This document shows, in pieces, positions 24,593 to 37,223 of a DNA stretch of 64,000 nucleotides. Origin of the DNA: Massalongia carnosa (Eukaryota); contig OZ287076.1 of assembly GCA_965645245.1 (NCBI GenBank), positions 496,001 to 560,000 of the forward strand, written 5' to 3'. Below the pieces are notes generated by a model. It had not been told where the DNA came from. It searched no databases and saw only the letters and a program-made list of their open reading frames with translations. Position numbers and translations under genes: made by a program. Position 1 is the stretch's first letter. Every line of letters begins with the position of its first letter.

Positions 24593-27340
24593 TTATAACA
24601 TACCAAAGATATTCCTCGTAATCGGCGCCTCACCCCTCTGAACGGGGCTCCTCGGATCATCGTCCTGAGGTTTCGGGCTCAAAAGCGCTTGCTCGAAGAC
24701 CGACGACCCGGCGAGATCGCCCGCGGCGGTGCGATGAAACGGACTGGCCGTGAACTCTGCAGCGCGCGGGGAGAGGAGAGAGGGAGTTTCGGGAACGTGA
24801 TCCAACATGATGTGGTCCGCTCCGAACCGTGGCGGGGGCTGGTTTTCCGAGAAGCCTGCAGGCTCTTGACGGAGCGGTAGACGACGGGGAGCGTGGCGCC
24901 GGGCTGCTAGGCTACTGAACCCCGCAGGTAGAAGCTGGGGTGGTGGTAGCGAGTTGGCCGGAGGTGCAGGCACAGGTGGAGCCTCACAGAGCGGCAACGA
25001 AGGTACATTTTCACGGGTATATGGTCCGGATCTTTTGCTGGGTGGTGAGAATAGGTTATTGGTCGCGATATTTGTTGCCTTGGGTGGCGAGGGCAAAACA
25101 AAATGTGGCTTCTTATCAATATCCATGGCCTTTGGTAGGGATGTCCACGGAACTTGAAGATTCATATCAAGATCCATCGTCTTTGGCAGCGGCGGCAGGA
25201 CAAACTTGGCCTTTTGCTTCTCTTGTACAGTTATGGCATCAAAGCTGGATTGCACCGCTCCAGTGCTAGGGGACCATACCATATCAGGCGGAGCCGATGA
25301 CGGACCCGGGGTGACATCTCCGACCGTAGGAGTCTCGATGCTATGAGGGCCCTTATGCGGAGCGGAGGAATGGGTGCGGCCAGAGTGCGGACTCCGCTCG
25401 TCCTGGAATGGGGCGCTTAAGGGCGCCTTTTGGGAGCTTCGATGGACTGAGGCTGCTATACCGGAGTGGAGTTTTGCGGTGCTGTCCGCATCCGTCAGAT
25501 TCCATCGATGGCCGGGGTTTCGCCATCCGGGGCCGCCAGGCATGGGATCCCGTAGTATGCTGGATCTGAACTCGGAAAGTTGATAGATCAGGTTCATGTT
25601 GGGACCAATCCATCTGCTCCGGTTCTTGACCAAATCGTAGGCTTCCTGCACCGTAAGTTGAGGGTTCTTGTAAAGTCCATACGCAATGATAAGACTTGCG
25701 GACCGGCTCACGCCACACTGGCAATGAATTAAAACCTTCTTCCGCTGTTGGACCCTGGCATCAATGAGTTCACAAAGCCGCAGCAAGTCATCGACCACGT
25801 TAGTGTTATGATCCCAAGGAATATGAATGTATTCAGGCGATGAGTTGGGCGTTTGGGCGGTGCTCGAATTGCGTCGCAAACCCTCATTGGGCAGTGTCTC
25901 GAAAGCAGAGCGAAATGATTTGTCCGAGATCGCGGTCTGAGGCTCCGAGATACTCTCTCGACCAGCAAGAAAGGTACTCCCAGGCCCCAAGGACACCTGC
26001 ATCGCAGCGTTTTCTACTTGAGGGGTGGCATTCTCCGTCACAACCGGAAATGGGTTCTTGACCTCTCGAGCGACATTGAGAATTACATCGAACTCGGATG
26101 CTTCAACGTCGTTGGGTTCCAAATACAGGAATACAAACGGATCATATATGCAGACCGGACCTTGAGGATAAGCCGGAGACTTGGCTTCCCGAGACAACGG
26201 TAGCTCGTAGTCGCTTTCTTCTTGCAAATGATCTAGCGTTTGCACGGTTGTCGGGGACGAACAAGAAGAATCATTGTAGGATTGGTGAATGCTGAGCGGT
26301 GGACGAGATTTTCCAAGGCGGCTGGGAATCGACGGGTTTCCAAATGGGGGCAGTCGCATACCACCCTCGGGGGCAACAGTGGGAGAAAAAATAGCAACAT
26401 TCGAGGCGGCGTGTGAATAGCGTAAAGTACTGATATGAGGATCAGATGGTGTTTGTGGGACGTGGTTAGACCCGTTCCGAACAAACTGAGTGGTAGCGCC
26501 AGAATCAGGCGTTGAAAGGGTAAGCCCTAGAGTACTCGGCCGTCTTCGTGCCGGCTTCGGGGGGACAATGAATGATGGCGTCGGTGGAGCCGAGAATGGA
26601 TGGCCATTGGCAGGAGCTGCTGCCGTGGAAAGCGCTAGTCTCGGAAGCAGATGTGCTTGCCGGCTTGAAGCTGCGGTATTGACGAACAGGTTTTTGGTGT
26701 TGCGCATCTTTTTATTAGGAGAATCTGCGCGATTTAGGCTCAACAGGGTTGCTGAAGAGCTCGAAAAGCGCTCGTTTTGCTCCACGATATTGCGTGTTGT
26801 TCGCGCGCTCATCCCCAACGGTTTCAAAGACGAAAGAGGTAGCACGGAGGTGGGAGATTCTGGAGAAGAGCTTGGCGAGGGCTCGGTGAGGGAGGAATCG
26901 ACCGTCGAAATCGTGGTGGTAGGCGACGAGTCTGCCGACTCCAAGGCCGACATGGAATCTCGACGAAAAATAGGCGACGAAAAGTGAGAAATCGGAGAAG
27001 GTCTCTTCGCTACACCCACCGCTCGATTGGGAGGGTTTGTTGCAATTCCATCGTCTTCTCCCTCCCGCCACGCGTTCGTACCATCCCCAAAAACCGACAT
27101 AAATGATGGCAAAGATGCTAGGAGCGATTGAGGGTTTGCGGTGACAGGCATATTGGAGTCGCGCAGGTTGGCTGGCGATCTTCTTTTCAGAGGTATGGAC
27201 TGTGCTTCGGAACCATATGTTACGGTTGTGCGTTCAAAGGTTTTGTCCGAAAATGCATTGGAAGTCGTGGTCCGGCAGCCTGGTGAATAATCCTCTAAAA
27301 TCATCATGTCAGAACAGCATTCAACTACAGACAGCGTCAT
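24593..27340 (-). CDS. MSG5: Dual-specificity MAP kinase phosphatase (Msg5/Pmp1 family)
   Basis: AYPQGPVCIYDP..FLYLEP, EYIHIPWDH, active site VLIHCQCGVSRSASL, AYDLVKNRSRWIGPNMNLIYQL. The start codon is uncertain. Confidence 0.9.
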   Translation of the reverse strand: MTLSVVECCSDMMILEDYSPGCRTTTSNAFSDKTFERTTVTYGSEAQSIPLKRRSPANLRDSNMPVTANPQSLLASLPSFMSVFGDGTNAWREGEDDGIATNPPNRAVGVAKRPSPISHFSSPIFRRDSMSALESADSSPTTTISTVDSSLTEPSPSSSPESPTSVLPLSSLKPLGMSARTTRNIVEQNERFSSSSATLLSLNRADSPNKKMRNTKNLFVNTAASSRQAHLLPRLALSTAAAPANGHPFSAPPTPSFIVPPKPARRRPSTLGLTLSTPDSGATTQFVRNGSNHVPQTPSDPHISTLRYSHAASNVAIFSPTVAPEGGMRLPPFGNPSIPSRLGKSRPPLSIHQSYNDSSCSSPTTVQTLDHLQEESDYELPLSREAKSPAYPQGPVCIYDPFVFLYLEPNDVEASEFDVILNVAREVKNPFPVVTENATPQVENAAMQVSLGPGSTFLAGRESISEPQTAISDKSFRSAFETLPNEGLRRNSSTAQTPNSSPEYIHIPWDHNTNVVDDLLRLCELIDARVQQRKKVLIHCQCGVSRSASLIIAYGLYKNPQLTVQEAYDLVKNRSRWIGPNMNLIYQLSEFRSSILRDPMPGGPGWRNPGHRWNLTDADSTAKLHSGIAASVHRSSQKAPLSAPFQDERSPHSGRTHSSAPHKGPHSIETPTVGDVTPGPSSAPPDMVWSPSTGAVQSSFDAITVQEKQKAKFVLPPLPKTMDLDMNLQVPWTSLPKAMDIDKKPHFVLPSPPKATNIATNNLFSPPSKRSGPYTRENVPSLPLCEAPPVPAPPANSLPPPQLLPAGFSSLAARRHAPRRLPLRQEPAGFSENQPPPRFGADHIMLDHVPETPSLLSPRAAEFTASPFHRTAAGDLAGSSVFEQALLSPKPQDDDPRSPVQRGEAPITRNIFGML

Positions 27341-29963
27341 GATGCCAACACGCAATGCCGGTTGATGTCCAAGAACATGTTCGTGCCAGACCACGGTCTC
27401 CAAACCAAATGGGCAAAGGGTGACAGGTCACATGCAGGTACTTGGTTGATTGATAATATTCAGTTCGCAAAAGAACGAAAAACAGGAAGGATGCACTGCA
27501 CGGACTGACCTGGCGTTATCAGCGAAGCGCTGAGTTTTGGCACCGGGGGTGATAATATGCTGATTGGTGGCACACTGCCTTGCAGACCGACTTGCCCTTT
27601 TTTCCACCGTTCTGCTTCGTATTCTCTCTCAGCCGGCAACGTTTTCAGTTCCCCTCCTCCCGTGCCAGTCGGGTGGTAATCGAGCGCTTAGCGTGATATT
27701 GGGCAGGACGGGAAGGCTTTTCTGGGCAAGACAATTAAAGGCTGCACAACTCTCAGTTGGTCCGAGAATAACTATGGACGGAGACGTTGATGGTGGACAA
27801 GATGGGTTCAAGAACAAGAGTTGGGGGAGAAAGATGATCGGCTGAGGGTTGGACAATTCGGGCTTGATGGTTTCGGATGGACGAATGGCGATCAAGGAGC
27901 GTTAGGGTGGGGTCAGCCTCCAAGCGCTTTAAGATGGCGTCAACCAATAGCATCGATTCTAAGATTAGCTGGCACCTTGGCTCATCCAGGCTCTGGATTT
28001 GTACAGGTGGCAGGCCAGTGGCGGCACAAGGCTGAATTGTCAAATGGGAGGAATGGATTGGGGGGGAGATTGGGGATGGGATTGACGGTATGGAGTATAG
28101 AGTATGGAATGGATGGAGGATCTCTTGGGTTTGTGTACCGAATACGCTGAAAACGAGATTGTAGCTTTTAGCTAGGATTTAGAGAGGTGATCGTAAATAA
28201 AAGAGATCGTAGAAGGTGATGGCAAAAGGTGATGGCAAAAGGTGATGGCGAAAGTCGATGTGAGTTGGGACAATTATTTATGGTTCGTTCGCTTTGTGGT
28301 TTGCGGGTTTTGGGCTTTGCTGCTTTGTCAACGCGTGTTTAACGCAACAGCTTCTAGTTACTGTGTTGCAAGTACTTTGTACAACACACAATGTGCGACG
28401 GCGTTCTTACCAGCATGCACGATAGCGTTTGATGGGCAAATGGGTCACCACTGAATGACTGGATTAGGCAGGCCCATTCAGCGCGGTAAGGTTACCCGAA
28501 ATCCAAATCCAAAGTCCACCTTTAATCGGAATAGGTAATATGAAGGGGAAAGGGAAGGGGAAAGGGGAAAGGGAAGGGGGAGGAAGGGAGAGTCTGTATG
28601 TGTACTCTGTATCGGCCCCATACGCCGTTAGCGACTTGTTCGAAACCCGCAAACGGAGTCAACGTTTGATAACTTACATAAAACCCTAATCACGGAGGCA
28701 GTCGTACGCGGGATTGCTGTCACTGCTGTCACTGCTTTTACTGCTGTCACTGCTGTCACTCTGCTGTCGCCGCTGTCACCGCCAATCTGCAGAATCGATG
28801 CCTATTCAGGGTCTTGTGAAACGGATGGGTATTGGTAATGAAAGCACAATGCCCAAGAGTAATACGCTAATCTCAAAGGCTTTTTCGCAAGGAACACCGT
28901 TGCACGATTGGATTCAAAGGAGAGTGTTTCAGACGTACATATTTAGAAGCGGCAGTCCCTCACATGAACCTCCTTTCTCCCAGGTTTTCAGCCACTCGGC
29001 CACTTGACGGCCAAATAGCAAGCACTGGCGGAATCTGGTTAGAAGAGGAGTGCTCCGTAGTACCGTACATTTGATATACCTACCCACTCGGAGTATTCTA
29101 CTTACACACTTGCTCCGTCCACCTTAGCCAAGCCCATTTGTGCTAGCACTAGTAATGGGTTTGTTCCTTAGTCATGTAGCATTTGTACAGGGTATACGAC
29201 AGTGTCGAGAGCAAGACAGGCGAGGTGACGTGCCAACTTGCTCTATGCTGAAGGCTGAGAAATACCGAGTGCTGTGCAACACGAAAAACGGGACATGTAC
29301 TGCAGGATTCAACCAAACCAAGCGACAACGCAAGTAGTTTGGAAAAATAAGAAATGATAAATCCATCAACTACCGAGTACTTTTGGAAGGTTCGATCGAG
29401 GCAGCGTTAGGTCCTCTGTTCAGCGGACGGAATGCTTACATATGTACATACTCGGTACGTGTGACGGCCGAAAAGATGCGCTTATTCCTAGCTTTCCATT
29501 CATCCCACGAAATGTGCGTTATTCCTCATTAGGAAAAGATGCCGCCATTCAGAAGCCCTTTTCCCTGACCTTTCGCCATTCCCTTTGGAGCACGGATTTA
29601 AACCAATGAAAGTGCATCGTGTGGAGTAGCTCTTGCGCTTCGTCTTGTTCGGGGATTCGGGGATTTGCCCGTCACGATGGCTTCTCACCTTTGGCCGCAA
29701 CCAGCGTTAAACGTGATGTCGTCGGTTCGGGTTCAGAGTGCCGACTAATACTATAAACGATAAACAATATGTCAGGTTTCCATCGTACTCTACTCCGTAC
29801 ATGAATCGCGGTCGTTGTAGGATTCCTGGCTATTCTTATTCCTCACTGTTTGGCCCCTACGTGGTCGGAGCTGCGCGACATCTGAAGCGAGAGTAGCGAA
29901 AAAGAAAAAGGCTGCAGGTCATCAAACCCCCACCCCCCAAACCCGCCAAAGAGCGTTCTCAAC

Positions 29964-32806
29964 ATGCCATCGCGTGTCGTCGAAGCGGTGACACGTGAGA
30001 ATGATGACGATGATGACGATGATGATGATGGTGCCAAAACGTCTTCAGCATCTTCTTCCACACGTCCACCTTCCACTCCGTCTCTAGCAACATCAACAGC
30101 GTCCAAATTGGCCGAGAAACCATCCTTGCCAATTGGGAAATCGGTAGCGACGACAGGCCAACAATCGTCATCCACAAAAAACAATTCTGCACATCATCGT
30201 AACAATTCAACGACGGCCACTTTGCCACCGACAAACACTTCGATACCTCGTCCCTCGGAGATTCCAGCGTCTCGAAGACTACCATCATCGTCTTCATCCC
30301 AGTTGCTCTCCACCACGCTTGCCCCGTCAACCTTGTCTTATCCGGCAAAACAATCTGGCGCATCAAGCATTGACCCTCGATCTCCTCCAAACCGACGACA
30401 ACCTGCATCCCGAAGTAGTCACGGCATAGAAACATCAACAGGTCCTCCGCCAGCGCTAATCACCCAACGATCACATACTACCGATAGTGCATGGAAACAG
30501 CCTGCCTCTCTTGACGTGGCTGCTACTCGTCCTCAATTGAAACCGCGGTCGGAAACCGACCACAGTATCGACTCGATAATTCGTCTCGCGCGATTAACCC
30601 AAGGTGAAAAGAATACCAGCGAACCATCCAAAGTCATAAGTCGAGCACTTCGAGAGGCAGAAAAGTCTAGAGACAAAATGGCTTCATCCAGGACATCATA
30701 TAGACGCCGATCTTCCATGGAAGGTGATCAGGATCTGACACTTCGCAACCTGGAGAGCAAGGCGTCCTTGTACCCTAGTGCGACCTCAGCTGAAACCAAA
30801 GCTGGGACCAACGGTCATGGAGTAGAGCACTCAAGAGCCTCACAGGAGGATTTGTTTTTAGTGCTCGCAAAGTTGGATTCGTTTAATGAAAACAATCTGG
30901 AACCATCTACGAAGAGCGAAAGACGACGAGTAAGTCGACCTCTGCGGGCAGAAGCGTATTCAATCATGGGTCACGGCAAGGGTCTTCGATCGCAGCCAGT
31001 AGAGTTTACACACCCCCCCTCAGACCGAACTCAGTCTATCTATGCAATTGCATATTTCCTAGTTGCCTATAACAATGCTAATTTTTACCTTTGATATAGT
31101 CTCACATTAGTAATCTGACTGCCCGACAGTCTTACACTCCGCTACCGCCCTCCAATGTTCGACCACCATCTAGCGGGCGACGATTTCCAGGGCATACCAC
31201 CTCCTCAAGCCAGGAAACGGTGTCGGCACAATGGAGTCAATCTGGTCCTCCCATGGAAGCGGATTCGCTACCAACCACCCAGAGGTCTTCTCCCCGGGAT
31301 CGACGATATGCCGCTTCGGCGCATCCTTTGGACCAAGTAAAGAGAGGCTCTCAGCCGGTACCCACCTCATCACGGTTGCGGAGCGGATCAAACCGAGAGA
31401 CATCGCCTGAGTTGCCCGTGTCTCATGCGCGAAGGAAATCCATTCGCGAGTCTTCCCCGGAACGTTCCTTGCGAACATATAAACACTCCTATTTGGCATA
31501 CTCCACCAACGGCCGTTACAACTCGTCACCTTTTTCTGGTGCTCCGGATTCGATGGTTGATGCTGGCAAAAGACCCCAGACGCATCACGGTGATGGCACT
31601 GCATCCACGGTCTCTACCACAGCCCCATCCACCATCTGGGATGATGTAGAGGATCTCAAACACCGAATACGAAAGCTGGAGCTTACTGGCAAACTGCCGG
31701 TATCCTCGGACGCAGCGATCGCGACCGTATTTGGTGAGCGGCCGCCGACGGCAACGACGACGATGACCACCATATCGTCCTCGCCCAAATATGGTCGTAT
31801 CGACAGCCTCTCCCCTGGAGCAGCTACTATCCGAGGACCAGAAACCGCGGATTTGCATCCCCTCTTACATGCTGCGTTGGCGAAATCCAAACCTTTGATC
31901 GACGCGAATATCTACAAGGCATTGGAAGCTACGGCCTCGGATGCACTTACATTGGCAGCGATGGCAACGCCAGGTCCCTTAACGGCTACTGGTGGTACTG
32001 ACCGTCAAATTCGTAGAAAGGCGGATAATATATGCCGAAGCCTGACGGAGCTGTGTATCTCCCTGACGGCTGAGAAGTTGGAGCGAGACTCAGCCGCCGG
32101 TTACGCTCAAGCGGCAAACGGAGAGCGATCGACCAGCGTTCACCGCAGCATCGAAAGCGGACAAGAATCCAAATACCTGCGCGCCTCGAGCGAAGGGCCG
32201 GAGATGCGACCCACCTCCCGCGTCATGAGCCGACTTGAAGCCCGAAGAGCAAGCCTAGTGCAGTTCAACACCCCTCATACCCGGCGCACCTCCCCGCCTG
32301 AAGCCGTCACCCCGACTCAAACGGCAGGAATAACTCCCGTCTCAAGTAGCAGATTCAACCGTCCAGTCTCCCTCTTCCTCCGCCGAACGGCGCGTGCCAC
32401 CGAATCTCCCGACGAAAGACCCACCTCCCGAGCCATCACGGAAATCGCCCATTCCCGCCCCTCCCCTTCCTCCGCCGAGCGTGCACCTCGTGAATACACA
32501 TCCCAGCACCCACTCCCCAGCCCTTCGCGACGTTCCCCCTCCGTGCAGTCATCTCTACCGGTGCGACGCAGTTACTTCTCCATTACATCCATCCAATCGC
32601 CAGCCACACCAACAACGGTGCAGCAGGGTGGTCGGCGGTTTCTAGATCGCGGCACGACGCCGCCGTCGTCGGTGGAGAGCGCTCGTGCGGGGGAGATGCG
32701 AAGGGAGCGCATGGCGTCGCTGGGGAATTATGGAAATGGAGTCGGGACGCAGCGTGCCGAGGCGAGGTTGGTAAGCAGGCAAGCGGAGGGAGAGGCGGCA
32801 TTATGA
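29964..32806 (+). CDS. Conserved Ser/Arg-rich disordered Pezizomycotina protein (possibly Mto2/Spa18-like)
   Basis: Intron 30930-31099 (GTAAGT..TAG) joins two ORFs in frame. Conserved-looking blocks GTASTVSTTAPSTIWDDVEDLKHRIRKLELTGKLP, HPLLHAALAKSK and RRKADNICRSLTELCISL. The function is tentative. Confidence 0.75.
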
Positions 32807-33803
32807 GCATCGGGGGGGTTATGGCTAGGGAAAGAATGGGAGTTCTTATCGGTATACTCTTCCCCCGAGATGGGGACTTGACACGCTAGATTCGCACGCG
32901 TGAATGGAGAGGGTTTTTTGAGCCTGTGAATGATTTGGCTAAAACGGAAAAAAATTAAACACGAGGTTGGGAGGACGGTTGGCAGCGTTTTTGCTGCGAG
33001 CGTTCCATCGACGTCTTTGGTGTGACGTGGCGTTGCTTCTCCCTCACATTGGATAAATTTACATTTTTCTCCCCCCAATAAAACATCCACATTATGTATC
33101 TTTGGGGGGGTACGTATGCTCGTTCAACGAGCTAGATGACGCGCCAGCGACCACAAGCGATTAACCTGACCTTACGGCCTAGCCTTTCCGTTACATATCT
33201 ATTTTATTTTATTTTCTAGAATAGGTATTAGTTTTTTTTTTTCCCATCATGGTGCGCTTAGCCTTTTCTGCCTTTTCTACCTACCTACCTACCTACCTAC
33301 CTAGGCGGGTCAGACAAACAGCAGGTTTAACACGGCCTTTTCCGAACCCCTCTTCCGTCTCCATCTCTACCCTACAGAGTAGGTATGTATATAAACTTAT
33401 GTATCTTTCTTTTTTCTTCCTTTTTTGTGTACTTTGCGGATAAGTTGGGGTATAGGGAAGGGGGGAGTAAGGGATAAATTGGATGGAATAACAAACTACA
33501 AGTGAGTAGCAACACAGCGGATGTATGGATGTATGTATGTATGAGTGGGTGGGTGGGTGGTCTTTTTTTCCTTCTTTTCGTGCTCGTGCTCTTTTCTCTT
33601 CCACTCTCCTGTCCACTATGGACATGTTCGATCCTGGAACAAATTCAGCATATATATATGTTGATTAAAGCTTCGGTTTAGGGGGGGGGGGGGGGGTTCT
33701 AATTCCTTCCTTTTCCTTGTCCACTCCCAAAATTCTATGCGTTCCTATTTCCCTGTTTGTCCTAGTTATCTACACCAAACGGCATAACTGCGCACTAACC
33801 CCC

Positions 33804-35092
33804 CTAAACCCCTCCCCCCCCGGTAATTTCGCCGTTCCAAATGACCCCCCCACGCCTCCTCTCCACGCGATCCACCCACTCCAAGCCCACGCGCCCGTCC
33901 GCGTCGCCCTCCGTCAAGACGACACCATTGGCGCTGCGCCACCAGGTCAGCGCGCCGGCGTCGAGGCTGCGTTTCACGTTCACCCAGATCAGGACCGAGG
34001 CCGAGGCGCGTATGCCGGAGACGACAGGTTCGGGGGCCGAGGTCGACGCCGGTGGCGGTGGGGATGGAGACACGGCATCATCCGGAATGATTTCCTCCGC
34101 TGTCTTTCCCTCGTGGCCCTTTCGCGGCGCGGATTGCTCCATCTCAGCGGGCAACCTCAGGGCGAAATGCACGTGCCGCCTGCCCATCGGCTTCAGACCG
34201 CCGGAGCTGCGGATGAGCTTCCACGCCGCGTCGTTCGTGCCGTGGACGACTTGACCGGGGCAATCGGTGTCGGTGGGGCGGATGGGGGCGAGCAGGTTTT
34301 CGCTGGCGATGGGGAGGGAGTGGCCCTGCGTTGCGCGAATTTGGTAGTGGAAGGGGTTGAGAGGGTCGGGGAAAGGCGCGGCGGCGGCGGCGGTGGTGGT
34401 GGTGGTGGTGGAAGAGGAAGAGGAGGAGGAGGAGGAGGAATTAGGGTTGGGTAGAGAGGAGAGCGGGGTTAGGGCGAAGCGCTGTTTGGCGTTTGTGCGG
34501 ACGATGGACTGGAGTTCGGGAAAGGTGACGGCGAGGGAGGAGATGCGGGGCCAGGAGAGCTGGCAAGGTGTCAGCTTAGAGTTTTAGGCAAGACTGGGTA
34601 TTGCAAAAGGGAGACAATGAGAAAGGGAATTCTGAGGAGATGATGATGGTGAGGGCCGTGGATATAGGCTTGGGTATCGAAGGATGATTGCAATAAAGAA
34701 AGAAGAAAAAAAGCTAGCATCAGAAGCACTCAATCAATCACAAAACCTCTCATAGAAACCCTCCTCTGTCCCCTTCCCAAAAAAAAACAACTCAGAAAAC
34801 CTCCAAGAAACCCCCTCAACGTAAAGAGAGAAAATCACACAAAACCCCCCCTCAACCCCCCTCAAAGCAAAGCAAATCAAAAAGAAGGACCCAACCCCCC
34901 CCCCCCCCCCCAAAAAAATCCACCACATACCAAATCCCCAACATTCACCCACCCCGCCTCATCGACCCTCACCCCCTCCCTCACAGCGCCATGCCTCAAC
35001 AGCCAGCTCGCCGCCTTCGAAATCGCCGTTTCACGATCCTGTCCCGGTCTTGCCGCTCTGCCGCCGCCGCCTCCGGTTTTGGGACGCGCCAT
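33804..35092 (-). CDS. TPT1: tRNA 2'-phosphotransferase (Tpt1/KptA)
   Basis: Exon 1 ISKAASWLLRHGA. After intron 34560-34930: NAKQRF...IRATQGHS...VVHGT...GGLKPMGRRHVHFA...RSANGVVLT. Confidence 0.92.
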
Positions 35093-35180
35093 TGTGGGAT
35101 GGAGATGGAGGTGGGGGAGGAATCTTGATGGGGGGGATAGGAGGAGGAGAAGGGGACGGAGGATTGGGTTGGGGACGGGG

Positions 35181-35221
35181 ATGGGAATGGGAATGGGAAT
35201 GGGAATGGGAATGGGAATGGG
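35181..35221. repeat. (GGGAAT)n hexamer microsatellite upstream of TPT1
   Basis: About 7 copies read directly. Confidence 0.9.
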
Positions 35222-36343
35222 AGAAGCTATGATTGAATGTTAAGGGGGGGGGGGGGTGTTCTGGGTTTTGGTGTGAAAATGGGGGAAATGGGAATTATTT
35301 GATGGGTGGTAGAGTTATGGGGGGGTTATGTTTGGTGATGGGGGTTTTGTGGGTTTTGTGGGTGGATTGTGAGTCCGAGATTTTTTGGATTCGGGTAAGA
35401 TTTCCTTGATGACAATTGGTCGTGACCTATGAAAAGGAACACTTTGTGTGCAGAGTATGTGAACACGATCTGGATTGTGCAGCATGGAGAGTGTTTACGG
35501 TGCTCTTTGATGCAATGGGGGAGACTCTTAGATCTAGGAACCAAAAATACCAATTTTTGTAGTATAGGATCTCTATGGTCGAAAACAAAAGGATTGAATC
35601 CATTACATTCCGTCCTCCTATATCCTATAGGCTTTACTACCAACACTCCTAGCAAATATTCAGATAGACCACCATATTCGCCCCTTTTGACGACTCGAAT
35701 TACGAGATCTCCGCCTCTTGGGGTTGTTGAATTTCCTCTTAACTAGCTCTCGTCGTTTGCCTTTGATTATGCCACAGAATCTGAGATAGTCCGTCAAAGC
35801 AATCATCTTATAGAGAAACATGTGCTGAGGCTCCAGATCTAAAATAAGATATCCAGCATGCTGAGCGAGCCACCTTAAATCGGATTTGGCTTGATCTTGC
35901 CCGAAGTAGCTGTTTGAAACAACGCTTTCGACCGCTCTTTCCCAGGATGGAAGATCCCAGCTTAGGATCCAAGTGAAATGAGCCGCTTGGCAGGTATGCC
36001 TACCAAACTCGCGCGCGTATATATGTCTAGAAACTCCTTTCATAAGCATCCAGCAGGAACATGCGCTAACAAAGCGGAGGCTTGAAGACGTTGATGTTCA
36101 ACCATGAGTGGACTCCGTAACACTTGGGAGCAGTTGCGGAAGCACAGCTCGTAGATGACTCTGCTCTCCATTGATGGGAATGTTTCCTAAGGCCTGTCCA
36201 TTAGTTTGAGCAGGATTGCAGCCCTCAGAAATAACCATACAGATGATGTAGACTTTCTGAATATTCTTGACTCTGCGCTGGAGGTATAGGGGCAATCTAT
36301 GCTCACAACATCTTTATTGAATTTTCTGCTTTTTGGAGCTCGA

Positions 36344-37223
36344 TCAAGTCTCGAAGAACCCTCCATCGCTCCCTTCCTCATCCTGTTTCGGCAAGGCGTC
36401 TCTTCTACGCTTGCTTTTACCATCCCGACCGTTCGGCTTCTCAGATAATCCATTGTGGCGAGCTGTGTGTGGCCGTGATGGCTTTGTCTCTACATCTGGA
36501 AGCTCTCTGCCTAACTTTCCATTTCGCAATGCCTCCAACGTTCCTTCTTCCATGCAGGTTTCCACAACTGCCCAGATTTTCGGTTTTGGTGTTCCGTTCT
36601 GCTTCGGCCCTCTATTATCGGAGTGTTCCTCACCAGCAATAGGCGGTTCATTGCGAGGGTAGAGGCTATGATATTTTTCGTCAAGAGGATGGTAAATGGT
36701 GTAGTTTACGTCAACTTCGGCATTATGAAGGTCGGCTTGTAAAGCTTCATACTCAGTGGACTCCTTTGGCGCTGTAGAGAGGCGTTTTTGGATTTGCTTA
36801 TGTAGACGAGTAGCTTTTTTGCGTTCTGATAAGACGAATATTAGCACGATGGCTCTACTTGAATATTGAGATCGCCAATACGGGTCGCTAACCAAAGAAT
36901 CGCACCATATGATACTTTCCGATCATTTTTTGTTTTCGTTTCTCTTTGCTAGCCTGTTCGAGATCGTACTGGTACCCGGCCAAAGCTCTCTCTTTTTCAA
37001 TCCGAACGCCTGCGGGAAGCTTCTCAGCGTGGTTCAGCAGGCGATTAGTATCACGTATTTTCGCCTTCAGTCGGTTGACAGATAGAGAATCTGAAGGCCG
37101 AGAGTCGAAATCTGAGGGGTTGTGACGACGGCGTTTCTTCAGACGTGGCTTTGCCAAGGGCAAGATTGATCCGCGATTCGTCGAATCTGCTGCTTCCAAC
37201 TCCCGAGCCCATTTAGAGCCCAT
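36344..37223 (-). CDS. EFG1: rRNA-processing protein Efg1
   Basis: LKAKIRDTNRLL...IEKERAL...KMIGKYHMVRFF/ERKKATR...VDVNYTIYHPLDEKYHSLY. Intron 36826-36892. Confidence 0.9.

Noticed and set aside
34441..34475. TTAGGG telomere-like words
   Set aside because: Isolated copies inside the TPT1 coding exon, not an array.
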